Source: Hormiphora californensis
Taxonomy: Eukaryota; Animalia; Ctenophora
Direction: 5' to 3'
Length of the DNA stretch: 64,000 nt
Assembly (NCBI GenBank): GCA_020137815.1
Contig: CM035361.1
Coordinates: 6,014,001-6,078,000, forward strand
Below, one piece after another: positions 63,434 through 64,000 of the stretch (the stretch's first letter is position 1; each line of letters opens with the position of its first letter). Both the position numbers and the translations under genes were made by a program. The notes under the pieces are model-generated. The model was not told the origin of the DNA, ran no database searches, and saw only the letters and a list, made by a program, of their open reading frames with translations.

Positions 63434-63761
63434 GAAATGTAATCTAAATTGTAACTTTAAGGAAAATTAAACATTTTGGATCATTGGGGCCTTAGGGATT
63501 CTGGAGAAAACCTGAAGAAAAACCTTTTAAAAGCTTAAGAAACCCTGAGGAATAACCTGAAGAAAAACCGCTTAAGAAACCCTGAGGAATAACCTGAAGA
63601 AACACCTGCAGACGAAAACATTTATTTTAGAAGATCCCTCCCTGAATCATACAGAAAAATATCTAACAGAATAACGTGAAGAAAAACATGAACCTATTCA
63701 AAAAAATTTAGAAGATCCAGCTGGCCCTGAATTATGTGCTTTATTGTTTTTATCAACTTAC

Positions 63762-63854
63762 CATCTTCACATAGTGGACCTTTCCATCCCTCCTTACAGC
63801 GACATTGAGTTGGCGTTAGACACGTCGCCTTTTCCTTACTACAAGGACAGTCAG
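63762..63854 (-). CDS. EGF-like domain exon (phase 1-1) of a gene extending beyond the window
   Basis: cag|CT-DCPCSKEKATCLTPTQCRCKEGWKGPLCED-G|gtaag; six Cys with C-x-C-x2-G-W-x-G-x2-C. Confidence 0.85.
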
Positions 63855-64000
63855 CTGAGAGGAAGAGGAGAATTAGGGGTTGAATTCAAAAAGGACGTCC
63901 AAGGGGTAGGGTAGGGGTAGCCAATTTCGGACATCTCTGGATAGGGGAGAGAGTGGAGTATTAGGATATCGTACCAATGACCCTGAATATGATGTGTATC

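Overview
Repeat-rich eukaryotic (animal) genomic DNA with two 100-N gaps and long stretches of low-quality, homopolymer-inflated sequence in which most listed ORFs are spurious. A ctenophore (Pleurobrachia-like) origin is my recollection-based guess from the recurrent 'QPIRTRYLGHVTGYQPIRDQYFLIRSVP'-type repeat and is unverified. From 1 to 31 kb: a secreted thrombospondin-type-1 (TSP1) repeat gene is split by a full-length Ty3/Gypsy element. That element carries a Helitron in gag, which in turn is hit by an inverted-plus-tandem 415-bp element, and it also carries several MITEs. A second Gypsy family follows as a tandem array inside a piggyBac-like foldback element. From 35 to 43 kb, missed by the ORF track: a minus-strand spliced gene encoding a short Gly-X-Y collagen plus a Cys-patterned head resembling one dermatopontin/haemagglutinin repeat. 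The second half of that head appears to be encoded by an array of alternative phase-2 terminal exons ending in '(K/R)-I-x-C-C-E-L'; this is the most interesting candidate system. The remainder is MITEs, mini- and microsatellites, and an EGF-domain exon at the right end.
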